From the NCBI RefSeq assembly GCF_009914755.1, contig NC_060942.1: a stretch of DNA of 64,000 bases; one strand, given 5' to 3'. Position numbers and translations under genes: made by a program. Shown in pieces: positions 23,656 through 36,075 of this stretch (position 1 is its first letter; each line of letters starts with the position of its first letter). Origin of the DNA: the human T2T-CHM13v2.0 reference genome, Homo sapiens. The notes under the pieces were generated by a model. That model made no database searches and was not told the origin of the DNA. It worked only from the letters and a program-made list of their open reading frames with translations.

Positions 23656-24169
23656 TAGAGAGTATTAAACCGTTGTTTGGGTTGTTGTATTCAATGTTCT
23701 ACAAACCCATTCCCTACCTGAACCCTAAACCAATTCGAATCCCAGCCTCAAATCCACCCCGATTCTCCTCTAGCTCTTCCATCCTGAGCAAGTCAGGTTC
23801 TTCTGTGGCTCTCTGATTGTATTCAGTGCTCCTCTTGGAGGTTCTGCCTTCTGCTAGACTTGATCCCATGGCTCTCACCCCTCCCCAGATCTCTGTCTAT
23901 CACTTTTCCTTCAAGAGAAAGAACTTGATCACAGCAACAGTAGTTCCCAGTCTAGATGAACCACATGAGATTATTCAGGATTTTATGTAAACAATGCTAA
24001 TAGTTTATCAGGAAGCACTCATGTAGAAAGTAATTAATAACTTTATTATTTTTATTAGTATTGATAATTATTATTTCTCAAGAGTTTAATGAAGTTTTTT
24101 TAAATGAAAGTACTGGGGGTCTTTATCAGGTTTCTATCAGTCACCCCCTCCATCACCCATATGTCATTT

Positions 24170-25100
24170 TACCTTGTGTGTATTTGATGAGAGGAGGGTC
24201 AACTGAATCTTTTTGTTATCTTATGCATTTGGATACAAAATAAATAGCAGGAAAAGGAAATGGTCACCTCACAATCCAGTCATGTTAGAAATTTCTCTCC
24301 TCCCTTGGTCTGTAGGAGTGACTCTTCGCCATGTGACTCTGACACTTGCATGGGAAAATATACAGGTTTGGGCAGCACCTCCCACCCCTGGAAGGCCTCT
24401 GTGTGCCCCAGGCAGCCAAGGCCATTCTTAGTATCAGGGCTTATTTAAGGTCCCTTGGCCACACCATTTAGGGATCAGGCATGTGAAGCCATAACCTGTG
24501 GATGGGGGTATTGCCTGATATAAGTCAACAACAGAGAGGACAAAAAGAGCCCATCAGGGAGAAGGACATCTGTCAGGGTGGTGTGGAACAGCAGTCTGGT
24601 GGTGGGAAGCTGCACTTGAACCTATCCTGACCCAGTGCTTCTGAAGGATTGATGCTCACTCGGAAGGAGACAGCACCAGACTGCTGTCGGGAACCTTCCT
24701 CAAGGTCTGGCCGTGAGAAAAATGGAGAGAGAGAGTTCCAGAGTTGGGCTCCAAAGCTTAGTGCCTCACCACTGGAAGCAGCAGCAGTGATGACCACCAA
24801 GGATCTGGATGCTGAAGGCAAATGGAAAGCCACCCATGAACTGCAGGGAGCCCCACAGCTGGAAGTAGGAGGCTACACAAATGCAAAAAGCAACAAACAG
24901 AGGATTTGGCGACAGCCATACACAATGTGAGAAATGCTCCCTTCCCACATTTGGGGACACAGGGAGGGAGAGCAGAGCCAAGATCTCTCAAAAGGTGAAT
25001 ATGTTGATTCTGTGACTTTAAGGACAAGTTGCAGTACAATGACCCATCTAGGGACCAGTGAGTGAGCAGCCATAGGGGACATTCAAGGTACACTTATGAT
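24170..25100. mobile_element. Possible ancient LTR (Gypsy/ERVL-like), family uncertain
   Basis: ~900-bp purine/GC-richer block with a TATTTAAG TATA-like site. Resemblance only. Confidence 0.3.
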
Positions 25101-25964
25101 TTACTCACATTATTGCAGGTGGAATTGGGAAGTCATCATGACAGGGAGAGAGATATGGTTTGATCTGAGAAATGAAATGGAGTTAGAAGAAAAAACAGAT
25201 TACACCACAGTCAAATCATAATATCCTCTGTCCCTCCCTTCCTTATTGGGAACTCTATAGATTCAAGATCAAATCTGTTGTACTTATTGATGCAGACACC
25301 TTTAAGTAAAATGGAAAATTTAAAAAAGCTAAGGATCCGGGTATTGTAAACTGATTAAATTAAGCCTCATATTTTTAAGTCCCAGTGCCGATCTGTTCTC
25401 ACACCCTCTCCCTTTTCTGGATCTCATTCTTGTTATTGCACTTATCACTTTCTGGTTTGTATCATAAATGATATTTACTGAGGATGCCTTGAGGGAAAGT
25501 GGGGTATTTGATTTATTTTTTACACCTCCCCTAGCTATGCCCATGCTCTGCATACTACCTTTCTCGTTTTGGACAATGTGTAACTTTTTTCATATATGCC
25601 TTATGCTGAGCACTGCATCAGGCACTGGCACTACTTTGAGGAACAAGACAGAGTCACTGCTCTATTATCTCGTTAATAAATGAGCAGTACATTTTCCAGA
25701 CTGGCTAATATCACTAGTATTAATAGCAGCAAGATACTATTAACTCTGTTTTGACATGATGTGCAAGTAACTTAGGGGTTAGTTGGAGAAACAAAACTTA
25801 AATATGTTAGACAAGAAAATGTTTAAGCAGGACGTCAGAGAAGGTGGAGTTTAGAGACTTCATGATGGAGGCAAGGAATGAGCTGGCTTTGGAAGGGTCA
25901 ACTGGATTTGTATAAACAAGCCAGCAGGTATGTGGCTGGGAGGAATCCCAGCCTTGACTTGGGC

Positions 25965-26200
25965 TCTAGGGGTTCAATATGTGAGTTCTAACTCAGTCAT
26001 ATGTGGCTGGAATTTTGGCTCCATTACTATTCAGGAGCATTGGTGTTTTTCAATGAAGTAGTGTGACCTGGGGCAAGTGAGTTAATCCTCTAATTCTCAG
26101 TTTTCTCATCTGTAAATGGGGATAATATTATTTAACTGACCTTATTGAAAAAATTCAGCTAGGTAATATATACCTAGCACAGAAGCAGGTATTTGGGAAG
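25965..26200 (+). mobile_element. MIR SINE
   Basis: gtgtgacctggggcaagtgagttaa..ctcagttttctcatctgtaaatggggataat. Confidence 0.75.
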
Positions 26201-26937
26201 CACACAACAAGGCCACCCAGACTTAATAGGAGCAGTGTCATATTACTAGTGTTGTTTTTTCATTTGCATGGGTTGAACATTTAATCTCCTAGAGGTCACT
26301 ACGATGCCTCTTTTTCTTGTGAACTTCCTTGCAACCAACACTTAGGTCTAGTAATTTCCTGTTGAATTGCCTCTCTTGGTTTTTCTTACACATTGTAGTG
26401 TATTACCTTGACTCTTGCTATGCGGTTCTGATACAGATCCTTACATACTCCCCCATGTTTTGTGGGAATAAATTGTAGCAACAAATCTAGTCATAGCATT
26501 AATTACACATGGTTCATGCAGCGACTGAAGTGAGTGAGTGAGGAAGGAGAATTTGATTACTCCAGGGCTTCAAGGTCTTTCAACCAATAATAATTTACTG
26601 TCTCTACTAAGTACCTCTGGATGCTGTCTGTGGAGGGGACACAGTATTTTACACACAAGCAACATAATCCATTCCTATGAGATCATGTGGTCAGGGAGTC
26701 AAATGTCTGCCACACCGAGTGGAGGGAGGGCAGGGTTTTCTTTTCCCAGTAAGGTCACAGTTTTATTTTTCCTCTTCCTGAGTGTGAGGCAGGGCACAAG
26801 GGAGGCAGTGTTACTTGATGAGGTCACAAGGACAGGGTGCGTATTGAAGCCGGAGACTATTGGCTACAGGTGTAGAGCCTGGAGACCCAAGCTAACTTTC
26901 GGAGGTTCAGAATGTCAGAGAAAGACTGTGCAGGCAG

Positions 26938-27078
26938 ATGTGCATGTGCATGTGTGCATGCTTGTAGGTGTGAGTGCATGTGCTTACCTGCTGCTTGTAC
27001 GTGCCTCTATGTGAGCCTGCATGCATAAGTGTGCATTCATGTGTGTGCATGACTAAGCATGTGTTTGCATGTGAGTGT
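26938..27078 (+). repeat. Degenerate (TG/CATG)n simple repeat
   Basis: Alternating purine-pyrimidine tract with seven TGCATG hexamers. Confidence 0.85.
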
Positions 27079-27174
27079 CCTGGGTTCATATCCTCTGTTG
27101 CCTAGTCCTCTGTCCCTTTCTCTTCTGCTGGGTCATTGTTAGTCTTTCTTTATCTATCTACCTATTTATTATCT

Positions 27175-27400
27175 ATTTTTATTTAACAGCCAAACTTTAT
27201 TGAAAATACTATACGGCAAAACACCTAGTTAAATGTTTCTACACAACAATCCTCTGAGGTTGCCTTTATAACCCCAGGTTACTTTGAAGAACCAAGATTT
27301 AGGAAACTAAATAATTTGCCCGAGATCAGCCCACTTGTGAGTGGTCCAGCAGGGGATCAAATTCAAGCAGGCACAGCTCTCTACATACAGTCTGCTTTTA
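27175..27400 (-). mobile_element. MIR SINE
   Basis: cacaacaatcctctgagg..aataatttgcccgagatca..gggatcaaattcaagcag. Confidence 0.65.
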
Positions 27401-28139
27401 AAGATTCTGCCTTAGGGCCAGTGTGTGTTCGCTCTAATGTTTTTCAGTATCCCATTTAAAGCATTGCATCTACAACCCCAGCCATGATGCTCCTGGAGAA
27501 GTCTGTCCAGCAAGTGTCCAGGCCTACAGTCAGACCACCTTCCTTCTTCCAATGCAGTGCAGACAACATTTTTAGTACCTACTTCTAAGCAGTGAGCTTC
27601 TATTTTGCTGCCCTAGTACAGAGTTCACTGCTTTTCCAATCTGGGCCCTTGGGCATTTCCAAAACTAGCTTACAAAACTGAAGATCAGTCCTGGGTCACA
27701 GAAGGTGGCCAGAGGGAAGTGCTAACCATCTGTTAAACAGAGGAAAGGGGTAAACAAGTTTATGTGACACTGGGCATCCTGAGTGCTTCAGGATCATCTT
27801 GAGGTTAAAAACAGGCCTAGCCCGCCTAGGAAGATCCTCTGATCACACAGAGAGCAGTCCAGCCCCTCCAAAACCACAGGTGGAGAAGAACCTGTGGTAG
27901 GACTTTTGGAGTTGAGAGGATTTCAGTAGATAATGGGAATTTCATTTGCAGGATTCTACCCACTGGGTCTGGTGTGAATGTCAGATTCCCACTCTAAAAT
28001 AAAATGCTATTTAAAGGGACTTACACAGCAAATAATGACTAGCTATTTGCACCTTAGGATGGAGTACCTTACCAGACTAGCCTTTGAAGGAAGCAGTGAC
28101 ATGAGAGGCTAAAACTGAAGACTGGCAAGACTCTACAGT

Positions 28140-28455
28140 TGAGCTGTCCAATATGGTATAGTAGCCATTAGCCATATGCACTATTGAGCATTTGAAATGT
28201 CTGAGTTGATATGTAAGTGTAAAATGCATAGTGGATTTTGAAAACTTAGTATGACAAAATGAATGCCATGTATCATTGATAATTGCTTTATATTGATTAC
28301 ATGTTGAAATGATAATATTTTGGATATATTCCATTGAAGTATATTAAAATTAATTTTACCTGTTTCTTCTTTTTAAAAATGTGGCCAACAGAAAGTTTAA
28401 AATTACATGTGTAGCTTGCATTTGTAGCTTTCCTTGTTTCTATTGAAGTATTGCC
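28140..28455. mobile_element. MER33 hAT-Charlie element
   Basis: gctgtccaatatgg..tagcca..ttgattacatgttgaaatgataatattttggatat..aaaattacatg..ttctattg. Confidence 0.8.
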
Positions 28456-29087
28456 GATAGACATACCATCCAGTAACGGTCTTTGAACTGCAGAGAGGGC
28501 TTTGGAATCATGGGATTGCTACATGCAGAGTTAATTGTTGGTGCTGGAAGTACCCATGTTCTGGACTCTCTTGGGCAGAACCTGCCTGAATTAGCTTCTG
28601 AGAGGGATCTCTGCTGGTTAAACAAATATGTATCATATAGATGCATGACTTGGCACTTTCTTTCCCAATTGACCAAATCAGTTATTTGGCTTCTAAATCT
28701 AAAGCATCTCTCTAGGGCATCCATATTCTGTATCAAACTTGTATTTCTAACCAAGTCTGCTTCAACAAGGCTGATCTTCTTCCTGTTGCCCCCATTGCAT
28801 GTTTATACTAGTATCCCACTCTCTTTCTCTCGCTCTCCTCTTTCTAAAAACTCCTATTTTCTCACTTGTTTCTAGTCACTCAGAACTATTCAAGGCTTAT
28901 GAAACTTTCCCTTTCTATGTGGATTTTCAGTAATCCCCCTTCCTGGGTTCTTAGTTCCTGAACTATAGCTTTGATCACACACTGCCTATTGTCTTCCTCT
29001 TATGTCACATGTGGAAAGTCTTGTCTTCTAGGTTATATTTTATGCCCCACTGGGCCAAGCAGAGTAGATGCTTTAATAAATACTTGA

Positions 29088-29493
<406 letters not shown>

Positions 29494-31429
29494 GTGGGGG
29501 CTTGTTTTTAAGCTTGACATCATTCACCCAAAGTGGTCTGCGTGTTACAAGAAGAAGGAGTCAATTGCTTCTGACCTACTATGACTTGTAGGAGTTTGTC
29601 TGAGCTAACTGCCATAGCTCTGTTCCATGAAGACCTGACATGGTGCCTGCAGTTTCTTCAGTAGAGATATGTTTCTCATTATGCCTTTGTCTTCTTTGGA
29701 CATGTGAAATCCCCATGAAAAGGAGAACTTACTCCCAGACCCCAGGAAAAAGTGAGGATGGAGAAGATGCTAGGCAGGAGAGATGTGAGCTTTGAGAGAG
29801 ATAAAACATTCAGGAAATGAGGGACGAGGGTGGCTAAAATTACACTTGGCTACCTTCCAAATTTCCTAAGGGGTGGCCCTTTCCTGGGTCTAGAAAGAGT
29901 TCATATCTTTGTTTTTGCTTTCATCCTTGCAGAGCCAAGGCTGGAGGAATAGACCTTGCTTCAGTAAATCAACAGAGCTGAGAGATCAGTCAGTCAGCCA
30001 ATCTTAAGAGCATTCTTGGATTTGTGGATGGCTTGAGAAGGATGCTTAGAGAAACTGAGGATAGGGTAGTTATTAAAAGAGATTAAAGGGTATTAGCTAG
30101 TGCCTCAGCAAGTTATAATTTAAAAAAAGGAATGAAAAGGCAACAGGAGACTAATTTTTCCAGTCGCTGAAATTTCAAGGAGGAGTGAGCTGGCTTGTGA
30201 ACCATTGCTGCTTTATATTAATTCTCCTGTATGGTTAAATCTAACCCAAATACATGTCTTTCTCAATTGGAAATGCCCTAGTCAATTTTACTGTCTAATA
30301 CAGAGAGGAGGCAGCTGAGAGACCAGGAAACCACGTTAAACTCAGATGGCATTATTCTCCAAAGAATCTCAAACCCTGCCCTGAAGGTAAATGACTTGTT
30401 TCTAGGACATACTCTTGACATGAAAAAGGGAAATTATCATGGTATCCATCTGGGGAAGTTGAGACTAAGAGAAGGAAAAGAATAGATCCCCCGGAACACC
30501 TGACAGTCATGTGTTTAAAGCAGCAACAGTGTGGCATGCATTACAATGATTTAGTCACTTTGCTAGTAGTTAGGACTGCACAAGGAAGGCAGGAGGCCAA
30601 CTACCTATTGAGATTTAACAGGGTCCTTCTAGTTCTTTGCCCTCAAAAATCTCACCCACTTCAAAGGTCTAAGATTCCCCAGCAGAACTTTTGTTTGCCA
30701 ACTTAAGATGTCTCTATTAAGATGCACACCATCTGAGTAGTGCCATATTTAATTGATGACATTCGTCAATTAGATGAATTAGATAGAATTAGAGTTCTGA
30801 GGGCCATTTTTGGAGAAAGAAGACTAAATCGTTAGGTTGCTGGGTAACTAATGCAAAAAAGGGATGTATCAACTTAGCCACCCTCACAGTTTTGCAAAAG
30901 CTTAGCTTTGATTGTTAGTGTGTGCAATTCTATTATTCTAACATATTGGGTGTCAATGGGTCTAAAGCTCTTGGTGTTACCCTACAGAAAATATTTTTAA
31001 AAAATTAGCCACATGTGAAGATTTACATAAGAAAACATTTATAGAGGTGTCCGGATTGACTTTTTCATCTTTATTCCCTATTTTCAGGGTTACATGAATT
31101 TAGTGTGTTCTCACAATGGCTTCCTAGTCTTTAGCAGATTAGTATCCACGCAGGCAGAAATGGCAGTATCAGAAAGTGGAAGCTGATAGTCCAACAGAGG
31201 GAGGGAGAAAGGAAAATTTAAAAATCAGACATAAGATTTTCAAAAGGCACAGCAGTCTGAAATCAACCAAGATAGGAATTAACAGTGCTTTCGGTGTCAA
31301 GACCCCCTCAGATATCATTATATGCCAGCGAAACAACCACTGATTTTCATTAGGGGTGACCACAAGACATAAGAAAACGCTGGAATTAAATTCAGTCTCC
31401 TTCCCTGAGCTGAGGGTAGGTGCAGAATA

Positions 31430-31575
31430 GAAAAATTTAATATATTGAGCCACCAGCTGCGGTAGGCAATTTACATATATCATCTCAGTGTTGAATTCCT
31501 CAACATTTCTATGCAGTAGGCATTATTGTCCCCATTCTAAAGAAGAGAAAACTGAAGTTTGAAGAATAAATGAAG
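31430..31575 (-). mobile_element. MIR SINE
   Basis: tttacatatatcatctca..cctcaac..attattgtccccatt..gaaaactgaag. Confidence 0.65.
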
Positions 31576-33196
31576 ACGAAGTTCATTAGTATAGGTACTG
31601 CATGAGTGCCTTCTTTTTCTTCCCACTTCATTTTCTCTATTCCCCCAGCGATACCTCAGTGCTGCTTTCCCCTCTACTGCAACAATTTCCTTCCTCATCT
31701 CTTGTTATTCAGCTGTTTCCTTAGCTCAGAGTGCCTACCTCTTTCTGTCTACATTACCAAATTCTTTCTCTACTGCAGGGTCTAGCTCAAGACCCAGGTC
31801 CTCACAGAAAACTTCTAACCCTGCATCACATGGCTGTCCTCTCTGTGCTATTTCCATAGCACTTGAGGCAGCCCTGCTAATTTCTCAGGGACTGTTTTCT
31901 ATCATTCTGTGGTATTTATCATGCCTTATTCTATAAAGCGTTGTGGTTGGCTTTGCCTCCTTGTCTAAAAGGCTTGCTGCCTTGGGTTACAGACACTATC
32001 TTTTCTTTCTTCTATTTCCTAATTCCACCTGAGACACATTTACTCCTGGTAGAGTCTTGAGTGTTTAGAATTCCCAAAGACAAATACAAGCAGTCTCTTC
32101 TGCATTTGGGCTTTTTCGACTAGCTGATGGCCATGTGTGTCCAAGGATATGAAATGGAAACCTCCAAAAGCCTACTTTGGGGATGCCTGAAATAGTTTTA
32201 AGAATTCTTTCTCCCTTCCTCACTGTGGGATGCCTGGCAACCTTATTGCCTAACCTCTACCCAAGCAAAGGGAAATCTTCCAAATTTGAAGTCCTCAGGG
32301 ATAGACCATTTGTTGAACACTGCCTTAGTTAATTGTTGCAGTCCTAAAAATTAGGCAGCTCTAAAGCAAATTTCTCCCCCATACTCTAGCCTCACTGATC
32401 TTTATCATATCTATGCCACCATATCTTTGGCCAGTGTAGTTCATCCATAGTTTCTTGAACCCACTTGCCTCCCTCTCTTCTCCTCTCCCAGTCCTTCTAC
32501 CTGCATGTTCCTCCATCCCCAGGAGCCACTGTCCTTTGCTAGCACAGACCCTTTACTCCCTTCCATTCTCTGCCAGTAAGATCACTTCATCAAACTAAAG
32601 CTCATTAAAGGAAAAGGCTGAGAAGCGATTTAGCATCCTGACCCCAGATATTGTAGCTGAAAAAGCCCTTTGCCTTTTATATTTCAACCTGAATAGGTGT
32701 ATGACTCAGTAGTGGAAGGATTTGTAGCTGACACTCAATAGAAACTGCTCTCGAATTTTGACAAATCCCATCTTGAGCCAAGAAGAGAAACAGATATTGA
32801 TCCTAAGTGTACCTAATTCATCTCTGCACTTGTAATCCCAAAAGAAAATGCCTTCTATGACCAGAAGGCAGTCAATATTTTTTCCATCTTGTAAAATAAA
32901 TAGCAGTTATTTTTGGTGTGTCTTCATGCGTCTGGGGCACCAGAAGTAAACAAAGAGTTGATTTTTCCTCTTTCTAAAGTCAAGTTATAGTAACTACTAG
33001 GTTCCTTGTATGGACTAATTAAAACCATATCAAATAATTTGGATTGATGAGTGACTAGGGGCGACCATATCATAGCCTGCCCACATTAACAAGGAGGCCT
33101 CATTCTCCAGGCTGGGGAGTGGTATATCTGCTGACACTTAGCTGGAGACATACAATAAATTGCAAGAATTAATTTCAGGGGACTCTCTTTGACTCT

Positions 33197-33412
33197 AGCA
33201 GTATTACAGTTTTAGCCACACAGGGGAGGTGTTCATACCAGCCAGAAGTCTACTTACAAACATGGTTTTATTTATTGTCCTTCCTCTCCTTTACCTATGA
33301 GACTAGAGTTAGTTATGGGAGAACTTCCAGAGGGTCACTAGGTCAGGCCAGATAGAGAACTGTTCTGTTTCCACAATCGTTCTGTATATTCTCAACCCAG
33401 ATGGAGGGTCAC
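33197..33412 (+). repeat. Unique-looking 216-bp donor segment duplicated at 35029-35268
   Basis: Direct alignment, ~12 substitutions plus two internal rearrangements in the copy. Confidence 0.95.
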
Positions 33413-34204
33413 AAGTTGTTGGAAATACTAAAAAACTGATTTGTGTCTGTATTGATCCAAGCCCCACATCATTTCCCAACCACCCCAGGTCATTTCCAGC
33501 AAACAAGCATAGAATCTCTTTGAAATGATGCACAGAATTTCTTTGAAACACTGTGTCTACATGTGGGCAAACCATCTGCTCAATTCCAGTTTTTTTTCCT
33601 ACCCATTAATAGTCATTTTCTTTATTTTACCTGAATAATTCAGTCTGACAAACCAGGCTTCTAGCTTCTTGAAGATTAAGAACAGTATCGGAAATTAAAT
33701 TTTGATTATTTGAGGCATTGGAGGGATATACATTTTAAATTGCAAATTATTTGATTTTGGAAATCTAAGAAAACCATCTAGATTTTCCACAGTTTTCTTT
33801 CAGTGTACTCTCAGAATGGAATATGAGCCTTATCCAGAGAGACAATGCTGATTTTCTCATAATCTGCCAGACCCATTGGATGCTAGGCAAATAAGTCATC
33901 ATAACACAATGATCAAATGTTTGGGAATTGTATGCATAGTTTTCGCTCTCTGGCAAAACCAGACTGCTGCTTCTTTCTGCCATGGGCCGCAGATGCTCCA
34001 ACTTAGGCTGCTGTCTTCTCCTAGAATGTCCTCTCTGCCATCCATTCATGTTAAAATGGTGTCCTAGCTGGTTTTCCCAAGTCCTTAATGAGTAGGCCTA
34101 CAGATTCTATACCCTACCTCTGAGAAGTTTTATCTGAAGATGCAGAAAGTTCAGGTCCAAGGTTCATCTGCCCATCAATATGGAGACTGACAAAAGCCTC
34201 AAAG

Positions 34205-35734
34205 CAAATGAAATAGCTAGGAATACAGCTAATCAAGGAGATGAAAGATCTCTACAAAGAGAGATTCAAAACACTACTGAAAGATATCAGAGATGACCCA
34301 AATAAATGGAAAAACATTCCATACTCATGGATTGGAAGAATCAATATCATTAAAATGCCCATATTGCCCAAAGCAATTTATAAATTCAGTGCTATTCTGA
34401 TCAAACTACTAATGTCATTCTTCACAGAATTAGGAAAAAAAAACTCTTCTAAAATTCACATGACACCAAAAATGAGCCCAAATAGCCAATGCAATCCTAA
34501 GGAAAAAGAATAAAGCTGGAGGTATCGTACTATCCAACTTCAAACTATACTATAAAGCTACAGTAACCAAAACAGGACATTTCTGGTACAAAAACAGACA
34601 TATACACCAACGGAACAGAATATAAAACTCAGAAATAAAGTCACACACCTACAACCATCTGATCTCCTACAATGCCAACAAAAACAAGCAATGGGTAAAG
34701 AACTCCCTATTCAATACATTGGTCAGGGATAACTGGCTAGCCATATGCTAGCTGGACCACAGCTAGAACCACAATGAGATACCATCTCACACCAGTCAGA
34801 ATGGCTATTATTAAAAAGTAAAAGAAAAACAACAAAACAGCTGCTGGAGAGGCTGTGGAGAAAAGGGAATGCTTATACACAATTGGTGGAAATATCAATT
34901 AGTTTAGCCACTGTGGAAAGCAGTTTAAAGATTTCTCAAATAACTTAAAACAGAGCTACTATTCAATCCAGCAATCCCATTACTGGGTATATATCCAAAG
35001 GCAAAATAAGTCATTCTTCCAGAAAGACAGCAGTATTACATTTTTAGCTACATGGGGGAGGTGTTCATACCAGCCAGGGGTCTACTTACAAACATGGTTT
35101 TATTTATTGTCCATTGTCCATTTATTGTCCTTTACCTGTGAGACTAGAGTTAGTTATGGGAGAACTTCCAGAGGGTCCCTAGGTCAGGCCAGATAGAGAA
35201 ATGTTCTGCTTCCACAATCATTCTGTTCTCAATTCCACAATCTATTCTCAACCCAGATGGAAGGTCACTCTTGTATGTTCATTACAGCACTATTCACAAG
35301 AACAAAGACATGGAAGCAACCTAGGTGCCTATCAATGATGAATTGGATCAAAAAACATGGTACTTATACACTAGAGAATACTTCATAAAAAAGAATGAAA
35401 TTATGTTCTTTGCAGCAACACAGATGCAGCTGGAGCCATAATCCTAAGCGAATTAATGCAGGAACAGAAAACCAAGTATTGCATGTTCTAAATGATAAGT
35501 GGGAGCTAAATATTAAGCACACATGAACATAAACTTAGGAACAATAGACACTGCAGACTATTGTGGGGAGAGAAGGAGGAAGGTGGGGTTGAAAAACTAC
35601 CTACTGGGTACTATGCTTACTACCTGGGTGATGGGATCCCTACCCCAAAACTCAGCATGATGCAATATATTCATATAACAAACCTGAACATGTACCCTTT
35701 GAATCTAAAATAAAACTTGAGATTAAAAACAAAA
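34205..35734 (+). mobile_element. 5'-truncated L1 (L1PB-like) with an internal deletion and a foreign insert
   Basis: ORF2 remnant ([25 protein letters not shown]), 3' UTR ending gaatctaaaataaaa and an A-rich tail. Confidence 0.93.
35029..35268 (+). repeat. 240-bp copy of 33197-33412 inserted inside L1
   Basis: Interrupts L1 ..agaaagaca|ctcttgtatgttc.. No TSD or poly(A). Confidence 0.95.
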
Positions 35735-35919
35735 CATGCTGGGCAAAACTAAACAAGAATATTTCTAAAAGTTTAAAATTTCTATTCAATGTGAACTTAT
35801 GACTTAATATTGATAACCCTAGTAGAATTATAAAAGCCAAAAACCTGGCTTTTATAATGAGAATGGGCAAGGGGCACATTTAAATAAAATAATATAATTT
35901 GATGAGGAGTTAGAAGCCA

Positions 35920-36075
35920 TGATAACTATTCTCAGCCTTGGCCCAAAAAATCTCTGTGTCCTTGGTTAAGTCACTTAATATTTCAGAGTTTCAGTGTCCT
36001 CATTGTCAAATGAGGGGGTTGGGATTAGATGGCCTCAAAGCCCCCCTGCCGCTTTAATAGTCTATGAGTCTATAT
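35920..36075 (+). mobile_element. MIR SINE
   Basis: tgtgtccttggttaagtcacttaa..tcagtgtcctcatt..ggattagatggcctcaa. Confidence 0.7.

Noticed and set aside
26538-27014. 158-aa ORF
   Set aside because: GTG start, no recognisable domain, and it ends in a simple repeat. Length is compatible with chance.
34241-34513. ORF resembling a reverse-transcriptase protein
   Set aside because: A fragment of dead L1 ORF2.
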